This document shows positions 39,508 through 52,226 of a stretch of DNA of 64,000 bases, piece after piece; positions within the stretch are counted from its first letter, which is position 1, and every line of letters begins with the position of its first letter. Under the pieces are notes generated by a model. The model saw only the letters and a list, made by a program, of their open reading frames with translations, had not been told where the DNA came from and did not search any database. The stretch spans positions 1,480,274 through 1,544,273 of the forward strand of contig MU053645.1 in the NCBI GenBank assembly GCA_013239625.1, given 5' to 3'. The translations under genes were made by a program, and so were the position numbers. Source of the stretch: Lama guanicoe. Its lineage: Eukaryota.

Positions 39508-39850
39508 TATTGAAGTATAGTTGATTTACAATGTTGTTTTAGTTTCAAGTGCACAGCCAAGTGATTCAGTTATAGATAGATACATACATTCTTTTTTCAG
39601 ATTCTTTTCCATTATAGGTTGTTACCTATAGGATGCTGAATATAGCTCCCTGTGCTATACAGTAAGACCTTGTTGTTTATTTTATATATAGTAGTGTGTA
39701 TCTACTAATCCTGAACTCCTAATGTATCCCTCCCCCTCCTTTTCCCTTTGATAACCATGTTTGTTTTCTATGTCTGTGAGTCTGTTTCTGGCTTGTAAAT
39801 AAGTTCATTTGTATCATTTTTTTAGATTCCACATATAAGTGATATTATAT
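39508..39850 (-). mobile_element. L1 3'UTR fragment with TSD
   Basis: ttattgaagtatagttgatttacaatgttg...ttagattccacatataagtgatat; tttgtcattttt at 39495 and 39857. Confidence 0.88.
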
Positions 39851-40057
39851 CTCACATTTGTCATTTTTAATAAGGCATTCCATCTTATTGACATACATGA
39901 TTCTGTTCACCTCTTGCTGACTAATTAGTTCTTTCCAGCTTGTGATGGTTATGGTAGAACTCCCATTAACATTTGTACAAATTACTTTCCTTTGATTTAA
40001 GATTACAAATTAATTTCTTTTGTCTTAAGATTATTTCAGTTGAAATGCTTTATTCCA

Positions 40058-40092
<35 letters not shown>

Positions 40093-40167
40093 NNNNNNNN
40101 NNNNNNNNNNNNNNNNNNNNNNNNNNNNNNNNNNNNNNNNNNNNNNNNNNNNNNNNNNNNNNNNNNN
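40093..40167. other. Assembly gap (N run) following a (TA)n microsatellite
   Basis: 75 N preceded by (TA)n at 40059-40092. Confidence 1.
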
Positions 40168-40279
40168 ATTTTGTGGTTGGCTTTATTCCTTTGATAACTA
40201 TGTAAGTTTAAAAAGCTAAAGCTCTAAACATTCTTAGAAACAATGAACAGTACATATATGTAAATTTAAAAATATATGT

Positions 40280-42030
40280 GCAGTAAAAAAAAATGATCTA
40301 TCAAGCCATGAAAGACATGAAAGAAACTTAAAAGACATATTATTAAATGAAATAAGTCAGTCTGAAAAGGCTACAAACTATACAATTCCAACCAAATGAC
40401 ATTCTGGAAAAGACACAGCTACAGAAATAATAAAAAGATTGTGGTTTCCAGGGGTTTGGGGAGAGGGAGGGAGGGAGGAATGAATAGATGGAGCACAAGG
40501 GATTTTTAGGGCAATGAAATTATTCTGTATGATACTATAGTGGTGGCTACATGTCATTATGCATTTGTCAAAACCCATAGAATGTACAACATCAAGAGTG
40601 AACCCTACTCAGAGGGTCCCAAACAGGAAGAACCCAAACAGACCCATACCAAGACATACTATAATCTAGATGGCCAGAGTCAAGGATAAAGAAATGATCC
40701 TCAAGGCAGCAAGAGAAAAACAGTGAGTTACAAGGAAACCCTCATAAGGCTCTCAGCGGATTTCTCTACACAAACAGTACGGGCCAGAAGGGAGTGGCAA
40801 GATATATTCAAAGTCCTGAATGAAAAAAAAAAAAAGATGCAGCCTAGGATACTCTATCCAGCAAGGCTATCCTTTAGAATAAAAAAAGAAATAATAAAGA
40901 ACTTCACAGACAAGCAAAAACTAAAGAGTTTAGCAACACTAAACCCATGCTAAAAGAAATAGTGACAGGTCTACTCTAAATAGAAAAGACGCAGGATGAG
41001 AAAATGAGAAACTCATAACTGGAAAGGAGATAACTGCCATGAATTACAAAAAGAATAAACACAAAATTGTAAAAGAAGACAACTAAATCATTTAGAGTGG
41101 GAGAGGGAAGTAGGGAAAGCCATTGTGGAAAACAGTATGGAGATTCCTCAAAAGACTAGGAATAGATTTACCATATGACCCAGGAATCCTGCTCCTAGGC
41201 ATATATCCAGAAGGAACCCTAATTCAAAAAGACACATGCAACATGCACCCAATGTTCATAGCAGCACTATTTACAATAGTCAAGACATGGAAGCAGCCTA
41301 GATGTCCATCAACAGATGACTGAGTAAAGAAGCTGTGGTATATTTATACAATGGAATACTACTCAGCCGTAAAAACTGACAACGTAACGCCATTTGCAGG
41401 AACATGGATGTTTCTGGAGAATGTCATTCTAAGTGAAGTAAGCCAGAAAGAGAAAGAAAAATACCATATGAGATCGCTCATATGAGGAATCTAAAAACAA
41501 AACAAAACAAAACAGAAATACAAAACAGAAAGAGACTCATAGACATAGAATACAAACTTGTGGTTTGCCAAGGGGGCGGGAGGTGGGAAGGGACAGACTG
41601 GGATTCTAAAATGCAGAATAGATAAACAAGATTATACTGTATAGCACAGGGAAATATATACAAGATCTTGTGGTAGCTCATAGCAAAAAGAATGTGACAA
41701 TGAATACATATATGTTCATATATAACTGAAAAATTGTGCTCTACACTAGAATTCGACACAACATTGTAAAATGACTATTACTCAATAAAAAAATGTTAAA
41801 AAAATTAAGAAGAGTGAACCCTAATGTAAACTATGGACTTTGGTTGATAATAATGTGCCCATGTTGGTTCATTGATTGTACCAAATATGCCACACTGATG
41901 AGGGATGTTGAGGGTAGGGGAGTATATATATGTGGGTGGGGAGGGCTATGTGCGAACTCTCTATATTTTCTGCTCAAATTCTGTTGTGAACCTGAAACTG
42001 CTCTAAACAAATAACGTCTATTAAAAAAAA
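40280..42030 (+). mobile_element. Old L1M 3'UTR split by a younger L1 insertion
   Basis: aagtcagtctgaaaaggctaca...gtcaaaacccatagaatgtacaacatcaagagtgaacccta | aagagtgaaccctaatgtaaactatggactttgg...gtgaacctgaaactgctctaa. Confidence 0.85.
40608..41809 (+). mobile_element. Camelid L1 with large internal deletion (ORF1 3' half + spacer joined to ORF2 C-terminus + 3'UTR), 14-bp TSD
   Basis: IRLSADFS...ARREWQDIF (ORF1p) is followed within ~170 bp by WKTVWRFLKRL...PYDPGI (ORF2p C-terminus); aagagtgaacccta at 40594-40607 and 41810-41823. Confidence 0.92.
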
Positions 42031-42409
42031 AAGAAATGCTTTGAGCACATTTCAGAGTTTCCAATCTAATTTATACCCTGCCCACATCTAAAGAAAGTCT
42101 AGATTCTAAAAGCATATATTCAATACAAGGCTGTATGTGCATAAACACTGATGGGACAGTTAAAATAGAGATAAAAACATCACTAAAAAGGTTTATGTAA
42201 GGGAAGTGGACTCTAAACCACATAATTCATGTTTTGAGATGGAATAATGATGTCTATGAGTTCAGAGTTCAGTTTCTTCCTTTTGTGGTATTTGTTTCTG
42301 CTCCACAGAGAGAACTCTGCATGCCAGAAAATAATCACTCCCTACTCTGTCATCTAAGGTAACAGGATATGGTGTTGATTTGCTACTCGTGTCTCTTTGA
42401 ACGTCACCG

Positions 42410-42550
42410 AACCTCTCAGTGTTCCTCAGCTTCCTCATGTGTAAAATGAGGATAATTGCTTGACCTACAACATAGGGCTGTTATGAGAAGTAAATGAGTT
42501 AATATCTTTAAAGCACTTAAGACAGTACAGAGTATGTAGTAAATATCATC
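42410..42550 (+). mobile_element. MIR SINE
   Basis: cctcagcttcctcatgtgtaaaatgaggataat...catagggctgttatgagaagtaaatgagttaat...aaagcacttaag. Confidence 0.78.
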
Positions 42551-43074
42551 GTGTTTGTGAGTAAATAAAACAATGAGAACTCTACATTTACAAGACAAAA
42601 AATAAAGAGAAGTGAGGGAAATGCATTTAAAGGCACAAATACAGTTCTATTTAGAAATGCATGCCTCACATGGAGACAAGATAAAAAAGCAAAAGGTGAC
42701 AAATACTTCCACAAACCAAAAATCATTTTATGGAGTCCTTCCTGATGTAATAATGAGGCTTGAGGCTTTGGGGTAGGAGGTGTTTAGAGGTGGAATCAGT
42801 TTGGGAATATCAACTTTGGAGTGGAGGAGTGATTGAAAAAAATACACAATAATTCTGTTCTAAAATAAGTAAACTTAATTGGGTTTTGGAACATCTCAAA
42901 TGCCTGCGCCTCATCCAAAAACCATTCTTCTTCCAGATAGGGAAGTTTGGGGTTTCTAATCAAAGAATTCCCAATTTTTCTAAGAGGTATTTCTTCTCCT
43001 CCCCTAAAAAGAGATTTCCTCTCTGTTAAAAAAAAAATCTGTTGAATCTCTGTCTTATGCCACTACTAAAAAAA

Positions 43075-43800
43075 AAAAAACCAGATGGATTAAAGATTAA
43101 AATATAAAGAAAAACTAGTTCGAAACTCGTAAAAAAATATATATGTGCATGTTATATAATCCCTGTGTGGAGAAAGTCTTTCTAAGCATAACTCCAAGGA
43201 CAGAAAATCCAAAGGAAAAAATAGATTTATTAACTAAATAAATATTTATAAATTTACAATATGGCTCTCAAGGAGTTAATATACTCAAAATACAATGAGC
43301 CCATAAAAATCACTAATAAAAGATAAATATCCTAATAGAAAAATGAGCAAGTTATATAAACATTTCATAAAAGAAGAAATTCATATGGGAAATAAATGTT
43401 ACCCTTTTCAATAATCACATAAGTGCAAACTAAAGCAATGATAAAATATAGTATTTCTTATATAAAATTGGCAAAAATATTAAATATTTGGCTAGAGTAG
43501 GGGAACTAGGTACTCTTATACCTTGCTGGTGATAATAAACATCACTTTGAGAGGAATGGTAATACAGGATAAGCACAAGTCTTATAAAATGTATATACCA
43601 TTGACCTAAAAATTATATTTCTAAGAAATTATCATAAGGAAATTAGCAACAATATATACAAGACGTTCAATGCCAAGTACACATGTCAACATGCATATGA
43701 TGGAAGAGTAGACACATCTTTAAAGATGATATGACTGAAGAATGAGAAAATATACAAGGTAAACTGCTATATTAAAAACAACAAAATTAAAAACCAGGAT
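43075..43800 (+). mobile_element. Old, highly diverged L1 (L1ME-like) ORF2 3' fragment
   Basis: ccagatggattaaagatt, ggagaaagtctttctaagcat, cctaatagaaaaatgagcaa, ccttgctggtg; very A-rich. Confidence 0.65.
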
Positions 43801-43974
43801 GAATTGGAAGGATAGGCTTTTTCTAGCCTCCAGTTAAACCTGTTCAGTGCTTTTTCCATTGTTTGTAAAATAAAGTTTAAAACCTTTAACCTGCACAGTC
43901 TGTCTAGTCCTTGCCTTAGATTCCATCTCATCATCCCCCACATTTCTCCTTTTCTGTCACCTTAGCCTTGTTTG

Positions 43975-44205
43975 AGGTTTCAGAACATGGGTCAGCAAAC
44001 CTTTTCCATAAAGGGGCAGAGAATAGATATTTCAGGCTTCATAAAGGTGTCTGTGGAACTCATCAGCGCTGCAACTACTCAACTCTGCAGCTGTAGCACA
44101 AAAGCATCCACAGATAGTATGTATGTGAATGAAACACTGTCTTCCCACAAAACTATTCACGAAAATAGGAAATGTTCAGGCAAGTCTAGATTACCCACTT
44201 CTGTC
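43975..44205. mobile_element. MER58A-like hAT-Charlie inserted in L2 sequence
   Basis: gggtcagcaaaccttttccataaaggggcagagaatagatatttcaggc...gcaactactcaactctgcagctgtagcacaaaagca. Confidence 0.75.
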
Positions 44206-46940
44206 CTAGAACATCCCATATTCCCTCTTAGTCACTGGACCTTTTCTTTTCCCACATGCTGCCACTGCTCCCTCAACACTCAAACCTCTACTTCCCAATC
44301 ATCTTTCAGATTTCAGTTCAAACACCACTTGCCCTGGAAACCCTTCCCTGATATCTAGATTGGTCCTCCTCCCATACACTCTCACAGCAGAGTGTGCCTT
44401 TTCTTCATAGCATTTAACACAGTTTGTAACTGCATATTTACTTTGTGGTGAGGGAAAAATCTTCATTATTCTGCGTTCCATGAAGATAAGGACAGTGACT
44501 GCTTTGCTTACTATTATCTCTCCAAAGCTTACTAGAGAGGCAATAAATCCTTGCTCAGTAAATCTTCCCTGAATGAATGAACAAATGAATGACATATACC
44601 AAATGGTTATCTTTGGGTGGTAAGATTATGAGTGATTTCTGGTTTTCTTCTTTGTGCTTAAGTGTGTTTTCTGTTTTCTGAGTTGCACTCAACTTGCTTT
44701 TGTAATTAGGAAAATAAAAACGGAAAATAAACCAAATTTTAAAACATCGTAGAAGCAATGCATCAATAAGTGTGAAATGATGACATAGGAATTCTTCTTA
44801 GACTTTGAATTAAGTGCATGATCAGAATGGGTGGAGTTAACTCCGGAAGGTCTCCCTGGAAGTGGTTTTCAAGCCAGGTCTTCAAAGTGATGGTGGTATG
44901 TAAACTGGTAAAGGGGGAAAGGAGGGCACAGCAGGTGAGGTGACTAGGATGAGCAAAGACATAAAAGGTAGGAATTAATATGTGCTCTTGAACTGTTACA
45001 GGAAAATGGAAATGGAAAATCACAAAACCCAAACATTCATAAGAGGCCAGAAACAAACAGCATACAGGAGGGTTAATGGTTTCCACTGAATTTTTACCCT
45101 CTCTTTTCTCTTCTCCATCTTGCTTTCTGAAAATGTAAAAAATGGCAAAGCCCTGATGTACTTTCTGAGAAATCCAAGATAGTTCACATTTCAAATCAAA
45201 CTTGAATGTTCTAGCTTAGCTGGGGCTCCGTGGAGACATGTGGTCCCACCTGGGTGACACATCAAATGAAATCCCTCACTAGAGAGCACCAGTGACAATT
45301 AAGCTACTTTTAAAAAGTGCTCTGGAATGGCATTTTCTCAGAGATTGTCTGCAGGTTCCTCTCAGCAACTTGAATTTCAGTTCTTGCTCCTTATCTATCA
45401 AAAAGAGTCACTCCCCAGCTAGGAATGCACCAAACATTTTGACCAAGTACTTATCTGCACAACCACAAAACCAATATCATCAGTTAGGGGAAAACAATTT
45501 CCTCTGGCAAGCAGAGACAGCCTAATTGCTTAATCTGACAGGTTATTAATGGCTCAAGCCAACGAAAAGCATAATGGATATTGATAACCACTGGCAGGTT
45601 GGACATTTGATGTATACAGTATCGCTGGAAATTACTTACATCAAGGGTTGCAACTGACCGTTAGACTAAATTGTTCAATCTCCATGGGTTTCATTAAACA
45701 GTTCTATCAACTTGATAAAATGGAAAGCCAGAAAGTGAGCCCATTAACTATAGCTCTAGAAAAAAAAAGTTAACAGGGTGGAGGATATTTACAGTATTTA
45801 TGTTCCAAATCAACGCGAAAATAAATCTCGGCAAAATTGTACCCTGGGTGTTGGAGACAGTTTCCCCCTCCTCTCTACTTGGATGGTTTGGGAAACCAGG
45901 CATAGACTGAGTCATTACTTGGAAATGACTGTGATTTGGGGGGAGGTGATAGTGGCATTGAGTGGAGTATTTCAGGATATTCAGGGCATGATTCATTACT
46001 CACTGGGCTCTTCTGGAGCAAAATCCGAGTATCACCCAAAACAAGCATCCTTTCCTCATGCCCCATGCCCAATTTGCAGAGCAGCAGAGAAGCAGAGATG
46101 GGCTAACGTGTGGACAGAAACTGTAACTGCCCCGATCCCACTGGTGGGGGCTGAATGCAGCCCTGAGCCCTATTTGGGTGGAGAGGACCTTGAAGAGGCA
46201 TCAGGAACCCAAGAATCATCACTGAGCTACCACAGGGAAAATAATTCACAGCACACTGGGAGTGCCAACCTACATTCCTCCTTCTTGTATGTTAATAAAC
46301 CCCTTCCATGATCAGTAACAGCAGAATGCCAAGTCTTAAAGATTAAACTGGATTACAGGTTTAAAAGAAGAAAAGTCACTCTATTAAGCACAATAGAATA
46401 ACAGAGAGACTAAGAACCAAAACAGCAGGAATAGTAACAACAAAAAGAAGCCCTTTTTTCTCTCGAGGAGGCAGGTGGGGAGAGAGCAGTAGCAGCAAAA
46501 CCCAGGAAGGCTGCTGCTACAATCAGCCAGAGGAGAAATGATGTCAGCCTCAACGAAAACAGTGGGAAAGGCCGGGCAGCTAGAGAAGAGGGGATGGGTA
46601 TAAGAGATATTTAGTTACTAGAATCAACAGGGCTTGGTTCCTAATGGAGAAGAGGGCACTGAGTGAGGAACCTAGGATGGCGATACTAACATACTTCGAA
46701 CTATCCTTCGAATACAATTAAATGAGTTCATACTTGTAAAGCACTTAGAACGGCATCTGCTATATAGTAAGATCTATGTAGGCGCTGGCTATGATCGTTG
46801 TTATCTTCCCAGCCAAACTGGAAGTGTGAAAAGGCAGGCTCATTGGGATGTGGCAGGAGTTCCACATTCAGTAAGAGAGTCTGTGTGTCTGTGATGTCAA
46901 CAGTTTGCACTGCTCGCCTTCCCATCCTGTCCTCCCTGAC

Positions 46941-47063
46941 CTGCAGGTAACTGGCTGAGGACGGGGCTGTTGCTGGTGGCATATCAATAACGAACATCAT
47001 CACACCACTCGTCCTTGAACCAGTTGCTTTTACGTGTCGTTTCAGCTGACCTTCCCAAGAACC
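46941..47063 (-). other. Candidate internal exon (123 nt) of a minus-strand transcript
   Basis: Minus strand: cttcactcctgtcagccttatag|GGTTCTTGGG...TTACCTGCAG|gtcagg; non-repeat, retains CpGs, open in phase 0 (GSWEGQLKRHVKATGSRTSGVMMFVIDMPPATAPSSASYLQ). Confidence 0.35.
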
Positions 47064-47214
47064 CTATAAGGCTGACAGGAGTGAAGCGCTGGCTCTTCAC
47101 ATCACTATGTTTAGTGCTTTCTGCAGGCTCTGTGGAGACAAAACTATGTCCTTTTCCCCCCTTTGTTATTCCCCAGAGAACCTCGCACTTGGCAGGCAGT
47201 GTCAGGTGGTCAGT

Positions 47215-47430
47215 TCAGTATCACAGCCAGGTTAAAATTATGGACTCTGGAACCAAGCGAACTGGGCTTGAAGCCCAACGCCACCATTGTGTGACCTTGA
47301 GAGGTTAGTTTACCTCTCTAAGCCTCAGATACCTCACCTGTAAAATGGGAGCAGTAACAGTGCCTTCCTCAGAGGGTTATCGGGAGGATTAAGGGAGACA
47401 ATGCACGTAAAGCCCTTACCACAGTGTCTG
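47215..47430 (+). mobile_element. MIR SINE
   Basis: tgtgtgaccttgagaggttagtttacctctctaagcctcagatacctcacctgtaaaatggg...gaggattaagggagacaatgcacgtaaagc. Confidence 0.82.
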
Positions 47431-49274
47431 GCCCCACTGCCCAGAAATGAGAGCTATATTCAGCATTGTTCGAATGCATGGAAGCACAATCAATAGAAAG
47501 GAGTTTTACACAGTGAAGGCAAGAGTTAAGGTGTAAAACTGCAGGGATTTTTTTCCCATCAGATTTTTGGAAGAGCGTGCGCACAGAAAGAGACTTGCAT
47601 GGCCATAGGCCTAGTTCCAGGAAAGGAGCAAAGAGCTCTGAGGGTGAAGAGGAAAAGGTATGAGAGAAGAACAGCCCAAAATAGATTCAGGAACCCATTG
47701 CTTGGCCTGGAAACCTGAAAACTCCGAAGTCGGTTCCTCTGAATATTATTTCCCAATTCAAAAATGTGAGTGCAATTACCTTAGGATCAAAAAACTCTGG
47801 CATGAGCTGCAAACAGCTGGGCTCTTGCTATAAATTCCCTGCTGTGACCGAAGCATAATGAAGCTGGGGCTTTTTCATGTGTATTTTTTTTAACCCACGA
47901 GAGAAAAATATAGTTCTAGCAAGTGAAGAAATGCAACTGCCCTTGTTAGACTCTATTTAAATCTATTTCAATCCAGAAATGGTAAGCCCTTGCCAGTCAA
48001 AGTTACATGGCTTTGCAAGCAGCCCAGTTATGCCAAAAGGGGACCCACAGGCTTAGCAAAGGCAAGACCATAGATGTGAGGCCGGATATGCCCACTTCTC
48101 TCCTCCAAAGCCTGAGCCCGGACCGCTTACCACCACCTTTCTGCAGTGCTCTGAAGAGGCCCTCAAAGAGCCCACCAGGGTGGCAGCTGGGCTTGGCAGG
48201 CAAGGAAAGGCACCAAGGTAATGCATGCTTCCCCTCGCTCAGTAGCATCTCTCGGTGGCTGGCAGGAGAGAGTTGTTGAGGACTTTCTTCCTTCAAGTTC
48301 GTGTCTTATCGGATCACAAAGAAACTATCAATAAACCATAAAGTGTTTACCGGGAGGAGAGCCCCTGGGAGGAGAGGGAAGGGTAAGCAGTACAACCCAA
48401 AAGAGCAGTGGCATGGCACTGCCTTAGGCTTGGGGAGGGACTTAAACATATGGGCCGTTTAACACCAACTACCTGAAGTGAAGCACTGCTTTGTCAACTC
48501 AAAATATTTTGCCCAACTAGATACTGGTCACATTTTTGCTTCATCTCACAGTGATTTCTAAATACTGGGAGTTTTGCTCCCAAGCAAACAGTTTATGGTG
48601 ACAATTTAAACAGTATTCTCAGCCCAGTATTACTTACTAATTTATTAAATATAACTGATCCTGTACTGGTAGCTATCTTTTCGTGTACCATACCTCAGTT
48701 CTTCAATGATGCTGTAAGCTTGTGGAAATCTGAGGTTGTGTCTTGTGCTTTCTAGAAAAGTCCCCAGAACTGTAATGGCTATGATGCATTGGAAACAATC
48801 TTTGGAAGAGCTGAGATGAAATTTTGGCTCTGCACACACGTGGTAGGCCTATCACAATGACTCAGTTTCAGAGTATCGCTGGACTCCAGGTGGTTCATCT
48901 GTATAAAAGAGATACTTTTACAAGGGCGTGAAAATGCTCCTAGAACTGGAGAAAGTAAACTTGGGATGCAAGAAACCGTAAGATGTGTAAGGATCCTCCC
49001 TGGATCACTCATTTTATGGAAAGAGGGATCTTAATTTTTTCATTTCTTCATTCAATCATTCAACAAATATTTACTGAAAGTCTGCCATATACTGGGCAGT
49101 TGAGATATAATAGTGAGCAAGACAAACAAGGTGCATGCCCCCAAAGAGCTTCTAGTCTAGAGGAGAAAGACAATAAATAAGAAAAATAAATAAACAAGAT
49201 ACTTTTAGATAATGAGTCAAGCATGGTGATGTGCTAGGTAGTGACTAAATGGCTGACTTAAATTGAATGGCAAG

Positions 49275-49721
49275 TATAGTGGATTGAATGGTGATCTCCT
49301 AAAACTACATCCATCTAGAACCTCAGGATGTGACCTTATTTGGAATAAGATTCTTTGCAGATGTAATTTAGGTAAAAATATCAAAATGAGATCATTCAGG
49401 ATTAAGGTGGGTTCTAAATCCAATGATGAGGCCCCCTTATAAGAGACAGAAAAGAAGACACAGGCACAGAAGAAGGCCATGTGAAGACCCATGTGAAGAC
49501 AGAGGCAGAGACTGGAGTGGTGGTGTCATAAGCCAAGGGCGCCTGGAGCCACCAGAAATTGGAAGAGGGAAGGAAGAATTCTCCCCTAGAGCCTTCAGGG
49601 AAGCTCAGCTTTGCTGACACTTAGATTTTAGATTTCCAGCCTCCAGAACTATGAGAATAATTTTCTGTTGTTTTTAAACCAATTGTGGTCATTTGTTATA
49701 GCAGCCCTAGGAAACTTATAC
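49275..49721 (+). mobile_element. MaLR solo LTR (MLT1B/C-like) inserted in a minus-strand L2 (~49040-50000)
   Basis: gaacctcaggatgtgaccttatttggaaataag...ccagcctccagaactatgagaataa...gttatagcagccctaggaaacttataca; flanks gcaag/gccag resemble a 5-bp TSD. Confidence 0.85.
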
Positions 49722-50021
49722 AGCCAGAGGTCTCCCTGAGGAAATGACATTTTTAGCTGAACCTTAATTGATGAGAAGTAGTCAGTCATAGGAAGATCCA
49801 GACAGAGAAATAGTAAGTGCAAAGGTCCTGAGGCAGGGACAAGCTTAACATGTTCAAGGAACAAAAATAAGATCAGTATGGTTGGACATAGAGTGGTGGA
49901 AAAGAAGTTGATGAAGAGGAAGATCATGTAGGGTTGGGAAGCCATAGCAAAGAATTTCGGTTTTATCCTACCTGTAATGGGATGGCTGCAAGTTTTCAGT
50001 AACATTCAAAGTAAAACTTGA

Positions 50022-52226
50022 GAGAGACTGACAAGATGGTGGAGTAGAAGGATGCATAGCTCCCCTTCTCTAATGAATATACCAGAAACTACAACTACAT
50101 ACAGAACAATTCACACAGAATACCTACTGAACTCTGGCAGAATATCTCTTACTTCAGAAATACAAGGAGAATTCTCACAAACATTGGTTAAAAAAAAAAG
50201 AAAAAGGAAATCGGTGCGGGACCTGTCCCTCGGGGAGGGAGCAGCAAAGGAGGAAAAGCACCCTCACTCTGGAAAGCCCCCTCTCCAGCAGGAAGGTCAG
50301 TGGGGACAGAAAGGGACCTTTGGAGGCTTGGAGGAGAAAGCATCAGCCACTTGGAAGACAGAACTGAGGGAAACCAGCGTAAAGGGTCCCTGGGATCCAG
50401 TCCAAGATGCGAGCCAGTAGGGGTAGGCCGGGATGGGCTGCTGGAGCTCAGGCTTCCATGGGAGAGCCCAGGGCTGACTGCATAGAGGCAGCCTCAGGGG
50501 GCTGGAGTGTAGTACAGGATGAGGCTGGGAGAGAGCACAAATCAGCTTGGGTCCCCCAAAGAGAGCATCATGGCTGGAGCGCATGGGGGGGGCACAACAA
50601 AGCCGGGTCATAGCAGCCAGCTCCACTAGCCCAGTGGGTGTTGCTCAGTACCACTGTTGGTGCACACGTTCTCAAGAGAAGAGAGGCAGGGTTCAGACAA
50701 AGCCATTTTCTTGGCTTGCTCTAGAGGGGCACAATCGCTGGTGTGCGGCTGGCAGAGGCAGGGCTGAAATCTGACTCCATACCCAGGGGTCCTGCAACTT
50801 CACAGGTGGGACTGAGATTTGATTCTAGCCCCAGGCAGCAGGGGTAGATTTGCTCCTCTGTTGCCTGTGTGGATCCACACCTCTGAGACAAATGAGCAGA
50901 ACTAGTTCTGTCACATCACAGGGTGGACGGGTGTTAACAACAGGCCTGTGTGCTGAATGTGGACACAGGGCTGTGGTTTGTGGTGACACTGTGGTGCATG
51001 GTGGATCCAGGTGTGTGACTGTATGCACACTACAGAGGGTCCTAGTGCCTGACATCAGTGGATCTACACTGGTGGTTCAGTGGGTGCAGAACCTGGAGGT
51101 CACCAGAGCAGGTTGCTGACATTCCCACAGCTGAGGTGTGGACAAGGGCAGTGTCAACAAAGTGTACCTTGTAAACCTGCATAACAAATGACAGACAGAA
51201 ATAAAAGCAAAAATAAACAAATGGGACCTAATTAAACTTATAAGCCTTTGCACAGCAAAAGAAACTATAAGCAAAACAAAAAGACAACCTAGAATGGGAG
51301 AAAATATTTGCAAAAGATGAAACCGACAAAGGCTTAATTTCCAGAATATATAAATAGCTCATACAACTTAATAACATAAAAAAAAACCCAATCCAAAAGT
51401 GGGCAGAAGACCTAAACAAGCAATTCTCCAGTGAAGACATACAAATGGCCAATAAGCATATGAAAAAAAGTGCTCAATATCACTGACTATCGGAGAAATG
51501 CAAATAAAAACTACAATGAGGTATCACTTCACACCAGTCAGAATGGCCATCATTCAAAGGTCCACAAACAGTAAACGCTGGAGAGGCTGTGGAGAAAACT
51601 ACATTCCCACACTGCTGGTGGGAATGTAGTTTCATGCAGACATTATGAAAAACAGTATGGAGATTCCTCAAAAGACTAAAATAAACTTATGATATGATTC
51701 AGCAATCCCACTCATGGGTATATATCCAGAGGGAAAGTTAATTTGAAAAGACACCTGCACCCCAATGTTCCTAGCAGCACTATTTACAATAGCCAAGACA
51801 TGGAAACAGCCTAACTGTCCATCGACAGATGACTGGATAAAGCAATTGTGGTATATTTATACAATGGAATACTATTCAGCCATAAAAAAGAATAAAATAA
51901 TGCCATTTGCAGCAAAATGGATGGACCTGGAGGCTGTAATTCTAAGTGAAGTTAGCCAGAAAGAGAAAGAAAAATACCATATGAGATTGCTCATATGTGG
52001 AATCTTAAAAAAAAAAGAACATAAATACAAAACAGAAACAGACTCATAGACATAGAATACAAACTTGTGGTTGCCAAGGGGGCGGGGAGTGGGAAGGGAC
52101 AGAATGGGATTTCAAAATTTGCAGATACTGACAGGCATATGCAGAATAGATAAACAAGATTATACTGTATAGCACAGGGAAGTTTGAAAAATTAAAAAAT
52201 AAAAATAAAAAATTTTAAATAAAAAA
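50022..52226 (+). mobile_element. Camelid L1 with 5'UTR joined directly to the ORF2 C-terminal part and a shortened 3'UTR
   Basis: Starts gagagactgacaagatggtggagtagaag; 5'UTR homologous to 10990-12110; switches at ~51197 to gaaataaaagcaaaaataaacaaatgggacc (ORF2); ORF 51765-52049 MFLAALFTIAKTWKQPNCPSTDDWIK...; A-rich tail 52189-52230. Confidence 0.9.

Noticed and set aside
28330..47063. Assigning a host gene symbol
   Set aside because: No recognisable coding exon in the window; identification needs a BLAST or synteny search
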